Source: the human T2T-CHM13v2.0 reference genome, Homo sapiens. From it: 64,000 nucleotides of DNA. The stretch lies in NCBI RefSeq assembly GCF_009914755.1, contig NC_060932.1, one strand, 5' to 3'. The position numbers and the translations under genes are program-made. The notes beneath the pieces are model-generated. The model was given only the letters and a program-made list of their open reading frames with translations. It was not told where the DNA came from and searched no databases. Numbering within the stretch: the first letter of the stretch is position 1; every line of letters starts with the position of its first letter. This document shows, piece by piece, positions 37,184 to 52,989 of the stretch.

Positions 37184-37683
37184 GTGAACATTATGTTCAT
37201 CTGACTTTCTGTCCAGAAGCACTTTCCAGATAGCACGTAGAAGGAGAGCAATTGGAATTTAGAAAGAGTGAGACATCTGGAATTTAACGAGTAAAACCAG
37301 AGATTGAGGAGCTGCCCAGAGAAAGAGCTCCAAAATCTGTATGAAGACCCCCTTGAATACTAAACCACAGTTGTGAAGGGTGAGACTACATGAGACTGGG
37401 TAAAGAACAAACAAGAAATCGTAAGTTGAAGAGTTTCTAGAGTACACGCAGGGCTAGGAGATGTTTGTGTTCTGGTCAACCATAGTAAGGAGCCCTTGTT
37501 AAAGCTTTGAGGTATTCAGGGGGAAACACTAGAGGGTCATGCCTTTCAAGAGTGAAAATCTAGTTCTACAGTAAAGGACACTTGAAACCTGCTGTAACAA
37601 AGCTTATAGGAAAAGTTTGAAAAGCTCAAGCTGATCAACAAGTAACTTAAAAGTTTGCTAGAATAAAAAAAAAGGAACATTTG

Positions 37684-37684
<1 letters not shown>

Positions 37685-37725
<41 letters not shown>
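37685..37725. repeat. (TG)~20 microsatellite
   Basis: Read directly. Confidence 0.97.
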
Positions 37726-37727
<2 letters not shown>

Positions 37728-37945
37728 GGAATCCAGGGATGTGATGTTCCCTCTAGGCTCTTAGTAGTGGGTACCAGCATCAGTTCTGATGCAGGTTAGA
37801 GGGTAGTGCCGCAGACTCTGAGATTTCTTGGTGATAAATAGGATTGTAGTAGTAATGCACTGGATATGTGGACAGACTCAAGACTTCCTTGTTAGCCAGG
37901 GTAATGCAGGCAATGGTGATATCTGAGGTTGTGCAAACGTATTCT
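37720..37945 (-). repeat. second copy of the L1 5' segment at 35191-35405
   Basis: Manual alignment gives roughly 80% identity, same orientation. Confidence 0.85.
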
Positions 37946-38815
37946 TAGCAGTGTAACATGTACAATGTCCAGAATCTAATTAAGAATAGTAAGCATTTGA
38001 AGAAGTAGAACAACTCAATTGATTACAGAAGCATCACAATTTATATTATAATAAAATAACAAATATTATATTATATATTATACAAATATATTTAATTAAA
38101 ATGTAAATTAAAGTCTATTCTATTACAAAAAGCATCAGTCACCAGAAACAGATTTTAAAAACTGGCAAAGGCAATGGAATTGACAGAAAAGAACCTTAAA
38201 AGAGCTTTACAAATACCTTTAAAATTTAAAGGGAAACATAGCCTAACAAGGAGTGGGATGAAGGATTAAAACTGGAACTTCTAGAAATGGGATAATACAT
38301 GAATGGAAAATTTCACTGGAGGAGATTAACAACTGATTAACACCAAGAATGCAAGAAAAAAAATTACTGAATTTGAAAGCATAGCAATAGAAACCATGCA
38401 AACTGAAGCACAGAGGGAGAAAAAATTGAACAAAATAAACAGAGCCTTAGTGACTCAGGGGACAACATTGAATGTCAACGTATGTGTGATTTAAGCTTAA
38501 TAAAAGGGGAAAGATAAGTTCACACATAAAATTATTTGAAGAAATACTGGCAAAAATTTTTGCAAATTTGTTGAAAATGGTAAATCTATATATCCAAGAT
38601 GCTCAACAGAACCTTAAGCAGGATAAACACAATGAAAACCATATCAAGGCATATTATAATAAAATTGTTGGAAACCTATGATAAAAAATAAATCTTGAAA
38701 GCAGCCAGACACTGTATACAGAGTAAATCATAATAATAGGCAGACTTCTAGTCTGACACATTGTAGGCCAGAAGACAATAGAATGGCGTCTTTAAAGCCC
38801 TGAAAGAAAAAATAA

Positions 38816-39169
<354 letters not shown>

Positions 39170-39399
39170 CAACCTAGAATTCTCTATTCAGTGGAAATAG
39201 CTTTAAAAACAAAGGCAAAATAGACTTTTTCAAATGAGCAAAAGCTAAGAGAATTCATTGACAGCAGACTTGCACTATAAAAGATATTAAAAGAAGTTTT
39301 TCATCTGGAAGGAAAACAATACCAGCTGAAAACTTGAAATTAAGAGAATAAAGAACAGTGGAAATGGTAAATATGCTGTTTTATATATTATCACTGTTT

Positions 39400-39870
<471 letters not shown>

Positions 39871-40124
39871 GGGATTAGTCATCTGAAAATAATGTGTTTG
39901 TATTTGCGTTATTTACTTTGTCTTACTCTACTAGAATGCAAGCTCTGAAACAGCAATTACGTTTTCTTGTGCACACCTGTAGCCTCTGTAGCTGGAACAG
40001 AACCTAGGACATGGTAGGTACTATTATTTATTTCTTGGATTAAAAACGTTTCAAGGAAGAAGACATGGATACTGTATACAGCAGATAGAAATTATATGTG
40101 TTTTGGGAGCTAAAATGGTTCTTA

Positions 40125-40230
40125 AAGGAGGTTTAGTCAGTATAGACTTTCACATTTGATGGCTGTAGGTTTAAATCTCAGCTCTATCACCTGCAGTTGT
40201 GTGGCCTTAGGCAAATGTTTTAACCTTGAT
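40125..40230 (+). mobile_element. MIR
   Basis: GGTTTAAATCTCAGCTCTATCACC...GTGGCCTTAGGCAAATG. Confidence 0.65.
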
Positions 40231-40544
40231 TCGGGGTTGTCAAAAGTGGATAGGACCTGAAAGCAATTGGTCCCAGGAGGGTTTTTTTTTTTAATCTCTG
40301 ACATTGTTTTGAGTTGCTGGAGCATGATGATAATAAAAAGTCTCGCTGTTATTATTTTAAAAATTCCCAACAGACAATGCACCCCCACCCCTTGTCTGTG
40401 CTTGAGTGTACCACTGTCATTGCCTCATCCTTGATATGCTACTGCCTCCGTGGGCTTGCATTTTCTCACCTTTAAAATTATTTTTGTCATTTTACCTAGA
40501 AAATATTTTATTGCCCTTATTACATGCCAGGAAATTCTCAATGA

Positions 40545-40645
40545 TACACACACACACACATACAGACACAGACACACAAACATATGTGTGTGTGTCTATA
40601 TCTATCTATATATCTATCTATATATCTATCTCTATTTCTATCTCT
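40545..40645. repeat. compound (CA)n/(TG)n/(TATC)n microsatellite
   Basis: Read directly. Confidence 0.9.
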
Positions 40646-40647
40646 GT

Positions 40648-40785
40648 TTAATTCTAGCAACAATTCTGGGAGAAAAGCAATTTTTCTATTCCCATTTTAC
40701 AGATGAGGAAACAGAGGCCCAAGTTTACATAGCTGGGAAGAAGCAGAGCCAGGTTTTTAACTCAGGAAGTCTGACTCCAGAGAAC
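40648..40785 (-). mobile_element. MIR
   Basis: CCCATTTTACAGATGAGGAAACAGAGGCCCA...TCTGACTCCAGAG. Confidence 0.85.
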
Positions 40786-41364
40786 ACACTCTTATATTGC
40801 CTCTCCATAATCAGACCTACCAAATAAAGTTGGAGATACTGAATGGAAAGTAGCCAGCATAGCGTCCAGCCCACAATAGGTATTAAGTGGACAGGAGCTA
40901 TTCTTATTATAACTATTAATAATGTTTTTATTGGCTGAGAATCTGAAATCACAGGGAGGGTAACTAGCACCCCAAGTGTACACCACTATTCAGAAGCAGA
41001 CAGGGCTTAAAGTGTATTACCTGCTGATTTCCAGTCATGCCACGTCTGTCCACTGTTAACCCTTATGGGAAACTCAGAAGGGAGGAGTAAAGAAGAAGTG
41101 TCGACATTTTAATTAAATACACGGAGAGTTTGTTTTTTTCTTGTGTGGTTTGAAGTCTTATTCTAGCTGATCCTGGGAATTCGCTCATACACTCCACAAG
41201 GATTTTTATAAAGAGAATATTCTAAAAGCATCCTTTCCCTGCCCCAGCTTCTTACCCACAGAGCAAGAATAGTATTCAATATTCTAAGGCTATTATATGT
41301 CATGATCTTTTAATCTTTATTTACACTTAAATGTTTCTATACATTTTTAAAGCATGATTTAAAC

Positions 41365-42205
<841 letters not shown>

Positions 42206-42564
42206 CATAACTCTTCAGAATAGTCTGTATTTTGAATATTCTGTTTCATTTTTATACCATGTGTTAGATTATATGTAATTAATTAGCAAAAGATTAAATT
42301 CTCATAGTTTAAGAAATTCCCACTGACAATTACAGCATTAGGGCCGTAGGCGTTTTTGTCTGTAGTGTAATTTTAAAATCAGCATTGTTAAAGTAAAATT
42401 CACACACAACAAAATACGCCCATTTTCAGTGCAATAATTTGTTGTGTTTTGATAATTGTATATGGATATGCAACTGTATAAAATTACCAATTGTGTCGTC
42501 TCCATAGTAATCATAAAATGGAATATTTTCATCATCCTAAGAAGTTCCTTATGTCTCTTTAAGT

Positions 42565-42991
42565 TGTTAAAAGAAAAACTTCGGCGGAATTAAACTCAGA
42601 GTTCAGCTGAGCAGCGAACTATTCGGGAAACGGGCCGCCCCCAGAATCACAGCAGATTCAGAGAGACTCCAGCGCAGCCACGTGGTGGAAGATTTACAGA
42701 CAAACAAAAGAAGAAGAAAAAAAAAAAGGAACTAAGGTACAGAAATCGGAAATGAGGTACAGAAATAGCTTTATTGGTTACAGGTTGGCGTTTGCCCCAT
42801 TCAAACACTCCGCGGTGTATGAGTGGTTGATGGATGGCTGCTGGGATTGGCCAAGACTCAGCTATTGTTACACACTCCTAAATTAGGTTTACAAGTTTGT
42901 CTGCCTATTAAGTTAGGTTGCAGTTTCTCTACAAGGACTCAAATACAGAAATACGGAGTCCTTCTCAGGCCATAGTTAGTTAGCTTTAACA
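42565..42991 (-). mobile_element. MER57A1/B1-type ERV1 solo LTR
   Basis: TGTTAAAAGAAAAACTT...TCCTTCTCAGGCCATAGTTAGTTAGCTTTAACA; perfect 4-bp TSD AAGT (42561-64 and 42992-95). Confidence 0.9.
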
Positions 42992-43049
42992 AAGTCAGTA
43001 CCCTCTCCCCAACTCCAGATTTTTGGAAAATATTGATCTGCTTTTTAAT

Positions 43050-43051
43050 TT

Positions 43052-43102
<51 letters not shown>

Positions 43103-43106
43103 TTTT
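43050..43106. repeat. (TTTA)n microsatellite
   Basis: Read directly. Confidence 0.95.
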
Positions 43107-46100
43107 ACTTTTAAATAATTTTCCATGAATGAAATCACATGGTATGCAGTCTTTTCCTTCACTTAGCAAAATGTTCTTGATATTATTCACGTTATTGCTT
43201 TTATAGTGGTTTATTCCTTTTTATTGCTGAGTTGTATTTCATTGTATGTGCATACCACATTTTGTTAAACCATTCAGATGTTGATGGAAATTTGAATTCT
43301 TTCAAATTTGAGGCTATTATGAATAAATCTGTTTTTTGAGTACAAGTGTGTACTAATATTTCCATAACTTGGATGAATACCTAAGAATGGAATTTCAGGG
43401 TATATGGTTAAAGTATATGTACAACTTATATAGAAATTACCACTGTTTTTAAGTGTGTATTCTCACTAGCAATGAAAGAAAGCTCTGGTTGTTCCATTAC
43501 TTGTTGATAATTGCTATTGCCAATCTTTTTAATTCTAGCTATTCTAATGGATGCATAACGGTATCTCATGGTTTTAGTGTGGATACATATATAGGCAATG
43601 TATATACACATGCATATATATACACATATGCATATATATATATATATTAGGTCATTGCCCCATTATTGTATTGTGCGATTCCTTGTATATTTTAGATGAA
43701 AATATTTTATTAGCTACATGCATTGTGAATATTTTCTGTCATTTGTGATTATCTTTTTATTAAGTGTCTTTTGAAGAGCAAAAGCTAAAATTTTAATGAA
43801 GTCATATTTGTCCATTTTTTTCTTTTATATTCCATTCTTTTGGGTTCTACTTAATTCTACTTAATCCTTACTAAATTCAGAATCACTGATATTTTTATGT
43901 TTTTTTCTTGTGGCTTGTTTTGGCTCTTATGCTTAGGTCTACGATCTGAATTAAAAGTTAAAAATGATATAATGTAAGGTTCAGGGTTTTTTTTTGAATT
44001 TGGATATTCAATTATTCAAAAATTATTTCTTGAAAAATATTATCTTTCCCCACTCAATTGCCTTAGCTACTTTGTTAAAAATCAGTTGACTATATATGTG
44101 TGTGTCTATTTCTGAGGTCTCCTATTTAATTGATCTGTGTATCTATTTGGCCCCAACACCGCACTGCTTTGATTACTGTGCCTTAGGAGTAACATTTAAA
44201 GTCAAGCAGAGTAAATCCTCTGACTTTGTCCATCTTTGTCAGTGTCGTGAATTATACTAATTCCTTTGTCATTTCATGTACATTTTAGAATAAACTTGCC
44301 AGTTTTTACGAAAGTGTTGAAATTTTGGATAAGATTGCAACAAATTTATAGATCAGTTAGGGGACAATCGACACCTCAACAATAATTAGTTTTCTATATC
44401 TTTCCATTTATGTAGATCTTTAATTTTTCTCAGCAATATTTTACCATTTTATATTAAAAGGCTAGCCTTTTTAAAAAATTTTTTTCTAATTATTTTAAAT
44501 TATGCTTTTGCAAATAGCCCATTTTAAACTTTTCAATGTCGAAAGAATATAGGATATGTAATTGATTTTTCTTTACTGAGTTTGTTATCTACAACCTTAC
44601 TAAACTCACTTGTTAGTTTTAACATATTCTTTTGGAATATTCTACATAGACAATCATGTGTTCTGCAAATTAAAAAAAATTACTCCTTCCTTTCCAATTT
44701 GTAAGCATTTTATTTTTATTTCTCGTTTTATTGCATAAGCAGGCATCACCATTACATGTAGAATTGATATAGTGAGAGAAGGCATTTTTGTCTTGCTCTA
44801 ATCTTCAGGGTAAAGTATCTGTCCTTTACCATGAATGATGATGTTAGTTTTAGGTGTTTTGTAGGTACTCATTATGAGTTTGAGAATGCTTCCCTCTATT
44901 CCTAGTTTGCTGAATTTATTTTTATTTTTATTATGAATTTGTGTTGAATTTTATCCAATGCTTTTTCTGCATATATTGAGAGGATGTGCTTTTCTTTTTT
45001 AGTCTAGTCATAGGATAAATTATATTCATTGATTTTCAAATAGTAAATCAACTTTGCATTCCTGGAATAAATACTAGGCCATGATGTATTATGTTTTTCA
45101 TATGTTGCTGAATTCTACTTGCTAAAATTTTTAAAAGAATATTCACATCACTATTCTTAAAGGGTATTGATACCTAGTTTTCTTATAGTGTTTCTGTCTG
45201 ATTTTATTTTTGGGGTAATGCTGACCTCATAGAATGAGTTGGGAAATGTTCCTTTCTTATCTTATAAAAGATCGTGTAGAATTGTTATTATTTCTTCCTT
45301 AAGAGTTAGTAGAATTCTTCAGTGAAGCCACGTAGAGCTGGATAATTTTGTATGAAAAGTTTCTGAAGAAGAAATTTAATTTTTTGAATATAAGGTATTT
45401 GAGTTATCAATTTCTTTTGGGTAGTATGTGTATTTCAATTCATTTTCCTGTTTCATCTAAATTGTTAAATTTACTAGCATAAAGATGTTCACAGTTTTCA
45501 CTTATTTTTAAATATCTGTAGGGTCTTTTGTGATGTTCTCGCTTCTATTACTGATATTGGCAAATTGTGTCTTCTCTCTCTCTGTCTCTCTCTCTTTTTT
45601 TTTTTTTTTATCAATCTGGCCAGAGATTTATCAATTTCATTTATCCTATCAAAGAACCAGTTCTTGGTTTCATTGATGTACTCTATTATTTTTATATTTT
45701 ATATTTCAATAATTTAAACATTCCCTTTATTATTTATTTCTCTGTTTAATTTACGATTTTTTTTTCATTTTCTAGTTTCTTAAGGTGGAAACTTACATCA
45801 TGATTTGAGATCTTTCCTCTTTTCTAATATAAGCATTTAAAGTTATAAACTTCCCTCTAAGCACTGTCTTAGCTATATCCACACATTCTTATGTGTTGTA
45901 TTTTTATTTTTATTCAGTTCAAGGTACTTTCTTATGTTCTTTTTGATCCATAGTTTATTAGGAAGTGTGTTGCTTGATTTCAAATAATAGAGACTTTTCA
46001 GATATCTTTCAATTATTGATTTCAAATTTAATTTGTTATAATCAGAAAACATAATTTACATGATTTGAATTATTATTAATCTGTTGAGATTTCTTTTCTG

Positions 46101-47019
46101 GTTCAGCATACGATATACATTGGTTAGTGTTTCATATGTACTTACGAAGAATGTGTCCTATGCTTTTATTGGGTGGAGTGTTGGAGAAATTCCAGTTAAG
46201 ACCAATATACTGTACAGGTCTTCTAAATCCTTATAATTTCCTGCATATTTGCTCTATCAAATATTGAATGAAATATCTCAAAATTTCCAACTGTAATTGT
46301 GGATTTGTCTATTTATACTTTTGGTCTAACAACCTTTCTTTGTGTATATTGCACCTGTTATTAGGTGTATACACATTTAGAATTGTTATGCCTTCTTAAT
46401 GAATTTGTTAATTTATCATTAGATAACATCATTTTATATTCCTGGTAATAGTTCTTGTCCTGAAATATTAATATAGCCACTTCAGCTTTCTTAATCAGTG
46501 TTTATATAACATATCTTTTTCATTCTTTTACTCTTTTTACCTATGTTTAAAGAGTATTAGTTATAGATAACATAGAGTTGGATTGTCATTTTTAATTTTT
46601 AAACACAATCTGACAATCTTCCTTTTTTGAGGGGCAGTGTTTACATATTGCGTGATTTTTAATTTAAATCTGCCGTGTTAATATTTTTCTCCTCATTCTA
46701 TCCATTCCATGTTTTTTTTTTTACTCTCTTCTCGCCTTCTTTTGGAGTGATTACATGTTTCATAATTTTATCATATTTCCACCATTGGCTTATTAGGTGT
46801 GCTCTTTGTTTTGTATCTTTATTAGTATTCTTATTAGTAGGCTACTTTTCTGATAGTTGAGAATGAGTATGAAGGCAATATGTAAGGGCTGCAGGTTTAT
46901 GGATCAAATTCTTTTTCAATGTAATTATAATATGTGTGTTTGGAGACAATTAAGACAATCATAAATAATAATATTATGTTAGTACCTAAGCAATGGAAAA
47001 AATGGCACCCAGCAGTAAT

Positions 47020-47170
47020 GTCAGTATGGTTTAATGGGAAAGACAGTGGACTGGTAGCTCTCCTTATAGCTATATTTTTGTCCTAATCATGCTTTATGAA
47101 TGTGTCTTTAGCTTTACTTTAGCATTGCTTCTCTCGGCCTCAGTTTACTCATTCACAAAATGAGAAATTG
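47020..47170 (+). mobile_element. MIR
   Basis: TCTCTCGGCCTCAGTTTACTCATTCACAAAATGAG. Confidence 0.65.
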
Positions 47171-48745
47171 TAGGCGAATATTTCAGTGGAGAAAAGGTTC
47201 CAGTTTAATATCTCCTTGGTTTTGCTCCTGTTCCCTTAACATCTTCAGATCATCCAGTCTCTGAGATGTTTCTGCTTAACAATTATTCCCAAACACAGAT
47301 TGTACTTGCATTTCACTCTTCCAATAGCCATTTGGAGTTAATGGTAGACATCATCTTTCCATGGAAAACTTGTTATCTTACCAGTCTCTACCAAAATCCA
47401 GAAGGACAGCCTTTGGCCTTCCTGCTTTAAATTTGATATTCTTTTTGGAACAAATCCAAATTTGTTTCCATTCAGATGACATCTCTAGCCCTCCAAACAT
47501 TTGCAGTGAAAATACGGCTAATGTATTCTGTCCCATTCCCCCAAATCCTTTACTTGACTTTGACAGGCTGCTCTTTAGAACACTAGTCAAGGCTGAGGTC
47601 ATCCTTTGGCCATCACCAAAACCTACTTGGTTTTCTTTAAACCTACTCTCAACTCACTATTTTCATTAAACTGTCTTCAGTTAAACTTTTTGAGCCTGCC
47701 TGTCCATTGACTGATACAATCAACGTAATCAAATATCAGTGAGGATTCAAGACTTACTATGCTATAGTTATTATCTAAATCTGTTCATTAAAAAATACTC
47801 AAGTTATCTGGTCTTAAGGGATAGGTGGATACTTCTAAATACTACTTTTTACCTCTGCCTTTATACTCAAGCATAGATTTTGTCGAGCAAAACCTGCAAT
47901 TTGCTTCCTCTTCCCCAGCCCCCTATACGATTTGAGCAAAGAGAGAATTTAGAAATTTGGACTAATTGGAGTGTTATTCAACCTTTCTTTGCCTCTGTAT
48001 TTCTCTATAGTATAATGGAAAGGGTTGTTTGTGGGCATTAAGTGAGAGAACATTTGAAATGCATTTGCTATAATGTCTAGAATATGACTATTGTCATTTA
48101 GAGAACCTTTTAGTTCAAAAGCCTGATGATTTTATTCTAGTCTCTCTTGACCTTCATTTAGTTTAGGTTAGATCCTTTTACTTTTTTTCTTCTAAATTGT
48201 TTCTGTAATCAGATAGCTTGTTTGCACACATAATCTTTAGATGTGCCTTAATGAACCTAAAACTTCTCTGCTTTGGGAAATAATGCAAAGTGTTCAATAG
48301 TGTATGTTTTCTAATTTTCTCCTCCCTCTGCTTGTTCATTTATTCCTATAATACAGTATTAAAGCAAGTGTCCACTGTGCTTTTGGGAAGTGTTGTCTGA
48401 GTACTTTTGATTAAAAGAGAGGGGTAATTATTACAGACTATATTTTTTTAATTTAGTTACATAAATCAGTCCTTGAGACTATTATCTGCTATTGAATCTG
48501 AGTTCACCCTGCTTAAATACGCAGGTCTGCTTTATTTTGTAATTTTTCTTGGTCATCATCTTCAGTAATTTTGTATTCCTTTCATTATGGTTGAACACAT
48601 ACACGTATTTAAATTTCTTTTGCATTTCAGCTCTTAAATGTTTAAAGCAGAAATACAAGCAAAATTATAGGGAAAACTTAGTGCCATGAAATCTGTGGAA
48701 ATAAACTATAAATTACAAGATGACATCAATGGCTGAATTAGGTTT

Positions 48746-49053
48746 GTTTGTTTGTTTGTTTGTTTATTTTTGAGACAGAGTCACGCTCTGTAGCCCAGGC
48801 TGGAGTGCAGTGGCGCCATCTCAGCTCACTCCAACCTCTGCCTCCTAGGTTCAAGTGATTCTTGTGCCTCAGCCTCCTGAGTAGCTGGGACTACAGGCAT
48901 GAACCACCACACCTGGCTAATTTTTGTATTTTTAGTAGAGCTAGGGTTTCGCCATGGTGGTCAGGCTGGTGTTGAACTCCTGACCTCAGGTGATCTGCCC
49001 TCCTTGGCCTCCCAAAGTTCTGGGATTACAAGCATGAGCCACTGCGCCCAGCC
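48746..49053 (-). mobile_element. AluSx/Sz
   Basis: (GTTT)n tail; perfect 13-bp TSD CTGAATTAGGTTT at 48733-48745 and 49054-49066. Confidence 0.96.
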
Positions 49054-49131
49054 CTGAATTAGGTTTTAAGAGAATAAAGCTTCAGAATCACTTCATACTT
49101 TCAGAAAGTGAGACATATAGTTCAAAATTAA

Positions 49132-49450
<319 letters not shown>

Positions 49451-49741
49451 AATTTTTTCTTATTATAAGGATCATATATACATATATACGTATATTGCGG
49501 AAAAGATTTTTAAAATACTCATACATAAAGGAGATAAACTCATAAATAAGAGTTTTATTTTTACTAAAAATATTCAACATTTATCTTAAAATGTATATGT
49601 AGACATGTCATTTTGCAACAATTTATAAATGTGGTCAAATCACATCTATACATTCTTTAGTGTTGTTTTTGCCTTTGGGCCCTTTCTCCCTCTCTCCTTT
49701 CCCCATAAAACCACTGAAATAATCTCTGCTCTTTCAAAAAA

Positions 49742-51473
49742 TTATTATTTTTATTTAATTTTATTTTTTAACAAATTATAACAGTATATTATTATGGGAT
49801 ACACAGTGATGTTACATGTATATACTGTAGAATAATTGAATCAAACTAATTAACCTATCCATCACTTTAAATACTTATCATTTATTCCTCTTAACTGCAA
49901 CTTTGTACTCTTTGAAAAACATCTTCCGATTTCTCCTACCCTGCAGCCTATGGTAACTACCATTATACTCTCTGCTTCTATGAATTCGATTTTCTTAGAT
50001 TCTACATATGAGTGAGAACATACGATATTTATCTCTCCATTCCTGGCTTCTTTCATGCAACATTTCCTTCAGATTCATCCATGTTGTTGCAAATGACAAT
50101 ATTCCTTTTTTTTTTTAAGATTGACTAGTATTCCATTGTGTATATATACCACATTTTCTTTATCCGTTCATCCATTGATGGGCTTAAGTTGATTCCATAA
50201 GTTGGCTGTTTTAAGTAATGCTGTAATCAATATGGGAATGTAGATACCTCTTTGACATACCTATCTCATTTCCTTAGGATATATACCCAGAAATGGAACT
50301 GCTGGATCATATGGTAGTTCTGTTATTAGTTTCTTGAAAACCCTTCGTACAGTTTTCCATAATGGCTATACTAATTTACATTTCCATCAACAGTGTACAA
50401 GGATTGCCTTTTCACTAGATGCTTGCCAAGACTTATCTTTTGTGATTTTGATAATAGTCATTGTAACTGGTATAAGCTGATATCTCATTGTGGTTTTAAT
50501 TTGCATTTCTGTAATAACTGGTGTGATGTTTAGCATTTTTTTTCATATATCTGTTGCCCATTTGTATGTCTTGAGAAATGTCTATTCAGATACTTTTCAC
50601 ATTTTAAAATCAAGGGGTTTTTTTTTGATATTGAGTTCTTTTTTGAGTTTTTCTTGTGTGTGTTTTGGCTATCAATACCTTATCAGATTATTGATTGCAA
50701 ATATTTTCTCTCAATCTATAGGTTTCTTCACTCTATTAATTGTTCCCTCCACTGTGTAGAAGCCTTTCAGTTTGAAATAATCCCATTTGTCTATTTTTGC
50801 TTTTATTGCCTGAGCTTTGAGTGCCAAATCCAAAAAACCATTGCTCAGATCAACATTGTGTAGTTTTTCTCCTATTTTTTCCAGTCTTTTTATAGTTTCA
50901 GGTCTTATATTTAAGTCTTTAATATGTTTTGAGTTGATTTTTATATACAGTATGAGATAAAAGATCCAATTTCATTCTTCTTCATATGAATATCCAGTTT
51001 TTCCAACATCATTTATTGAATAGAGTGTTCTTTTCCCACTGTATGCTCTTAGCACCTTTACAAAATCAATTAACTGTAAATGTGTGGGTTCATTTCTGGG
51101 CTATTTTGTTCGTTGGTGGATGTTTCAATTTATATGCCTATACATGCTGTTTTAATTGCTACAGCTTTGTAATAATTTAAAGTCAGGTCGTGTGTTGCCT
51201 CCAACTTTGTTCTTTTTGATGAAGAGTGCCTTTGCTATTCAGATTTTTTGTGGTTCCATATTTATTTTGGATTGTTTTTCTATTTCTGTTAAAATGTCAT
51301 TAGAATTTTGGTAAGGATTACATTGAATCTGTAGATAGCTTTGAGTAGTATGAAAATTTTAACATTGATTATTTCAATCCATGAACACAGGATGTCTTTC
51401 CATTTATTTGTATCTTTTTCAATTTTTTTTATTGTTTTATATTTTTCAGTGTACAGAACTTTTACCTCCTTAA
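49742..51473 (-). mobile_element. L1MA-type 3' end (about L1MA7-9)
   Basis: AAACTAATTAACCTATCCATCAC 3'UTR; the antisense ORF2 tail gives ORF 51289..51579 (IEKDTNKWKDILCSW...KAIYRFN). Confidence 0.88.
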
Positions 51474-51716
51474 TCTCTATTATGGCTAAAGTTAGGATTC
51501 CTAACCTTTCTTCATGCTTGTGTAATAATAATATAGAACAGTTATATACATATTTTAAAAGCTCACATATATTCAACATTTACAGTATATTAAGTATTGT
51601 GATAAATGCTTTATATCAATTTTTATATTTCATTTCCATAAAAATGCCCTATGACATTTGTGTTATATTTCTGCTCCCTCCCCTGCCTCCATTACATGGA
51701 TGAAGAAATTTAGTCA

Positions 51717-52062
<346 letters not shown>

Positions 52063-52244
52063 ATAAATTAAGTTACTTGATCAAAGTTACTCAGTAAGTG
52101 TAAGAACTGAAATTTGTAACTTAGTCCATAGGTATATATTTTTAGGAATCAAAATATTATACACTACATAGTGATATTTAATTAAATAGATATTTGTTAT
52201 AATGCTACTAAATCCCTACTGCTCTAGGGAATTTCTCCTTAACT

Positions 52245-52988
52245 ACTACATCAATCCATCACTAAGTACTATTAATTTTATCTCTTAAATATCTCCCAAA
52301 TTCTTCCCTTTCTCTCCTTGTCCAATGGCACCAACCTAGTCCAAATCACTATCATCTGCCATTGAGATGATGGCAGCAGTCTCCTCACAGATATACAAAC
52401 ATTCATTTCTGGGTCCACCCAATCCATTGTCTGCTCTGCAGTCAGAGTGATTTGTTTCAGAGCAAATACCTGCTTATATCATATTTTTGTGTGAAATCCT
52501 TCAAAGACTGTAGAATAAGTATTCAAATCTGAATGTCTGGACTTTTAGCTACTTGTACAGTCTTCAGTTAATCTCCTAATTTTTTTCTCTTAGTGCTTCA
52601 ATCACATTGAATCTCTTTCAGTTCCTTTAATCTCTTCTAGAGCTTTGACACAGGCTGTTCCTTAAACTGGAGCATATCCCTTTCTTTCTGTCCTTTAATT
52701 ACCTTCGGTGTCAGATCTCCCATTAGTTATCACATCTTCCAGAAGCAAGGAAGCCTTCTTTGCCCTGGCTGTCTTGAATAAGTCAATCCCTTCATTGCAG
52801 GCTCTCATAAAACCTAACTTTCCTTTGTGGCATTTGCCAGAGTTAATTTTATGCATGATCATTTGATTAATGTCTGCTGTTTTTCAATTAGCTGTAAGAA
52901 ATATGAATGAACCTACATGTCTGTTTTTCCTCACCATTGCAATTCTAGAATTAGTATTGCAATACTATTTGTTGAATCAATAAATGAT
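52245..52988 (+). mobile_element. L2 3' ~750 bp
   Basis: ACATCAATCCATCACTAAG...CAGTCAGAGTGAT...TTTCAGTTCCTT...TTTGTTGAATCAATAAATGA. Confidence 0.75.
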
Positions 52989-52989
52989 G

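Larger units (their letters stand above)
42370..46830 (-). mobile_element. long old L1M (L1MC/MD/ME-like) 3'UTR plus decayed ORF2, split by MER57 and (TTTA)n
   Basis: Continuous antisense L1 motifs, e.g. TTTTGAAGAGCAAAAG, CTATTCCTAGTTTGCTGA, CATTCCTGGAATAAA, AAAGAACCAGTTCTTGGTTTCATTG, CCAACTGTAATTGTGGATTTGTCTATTT. Confidence 0.8.
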
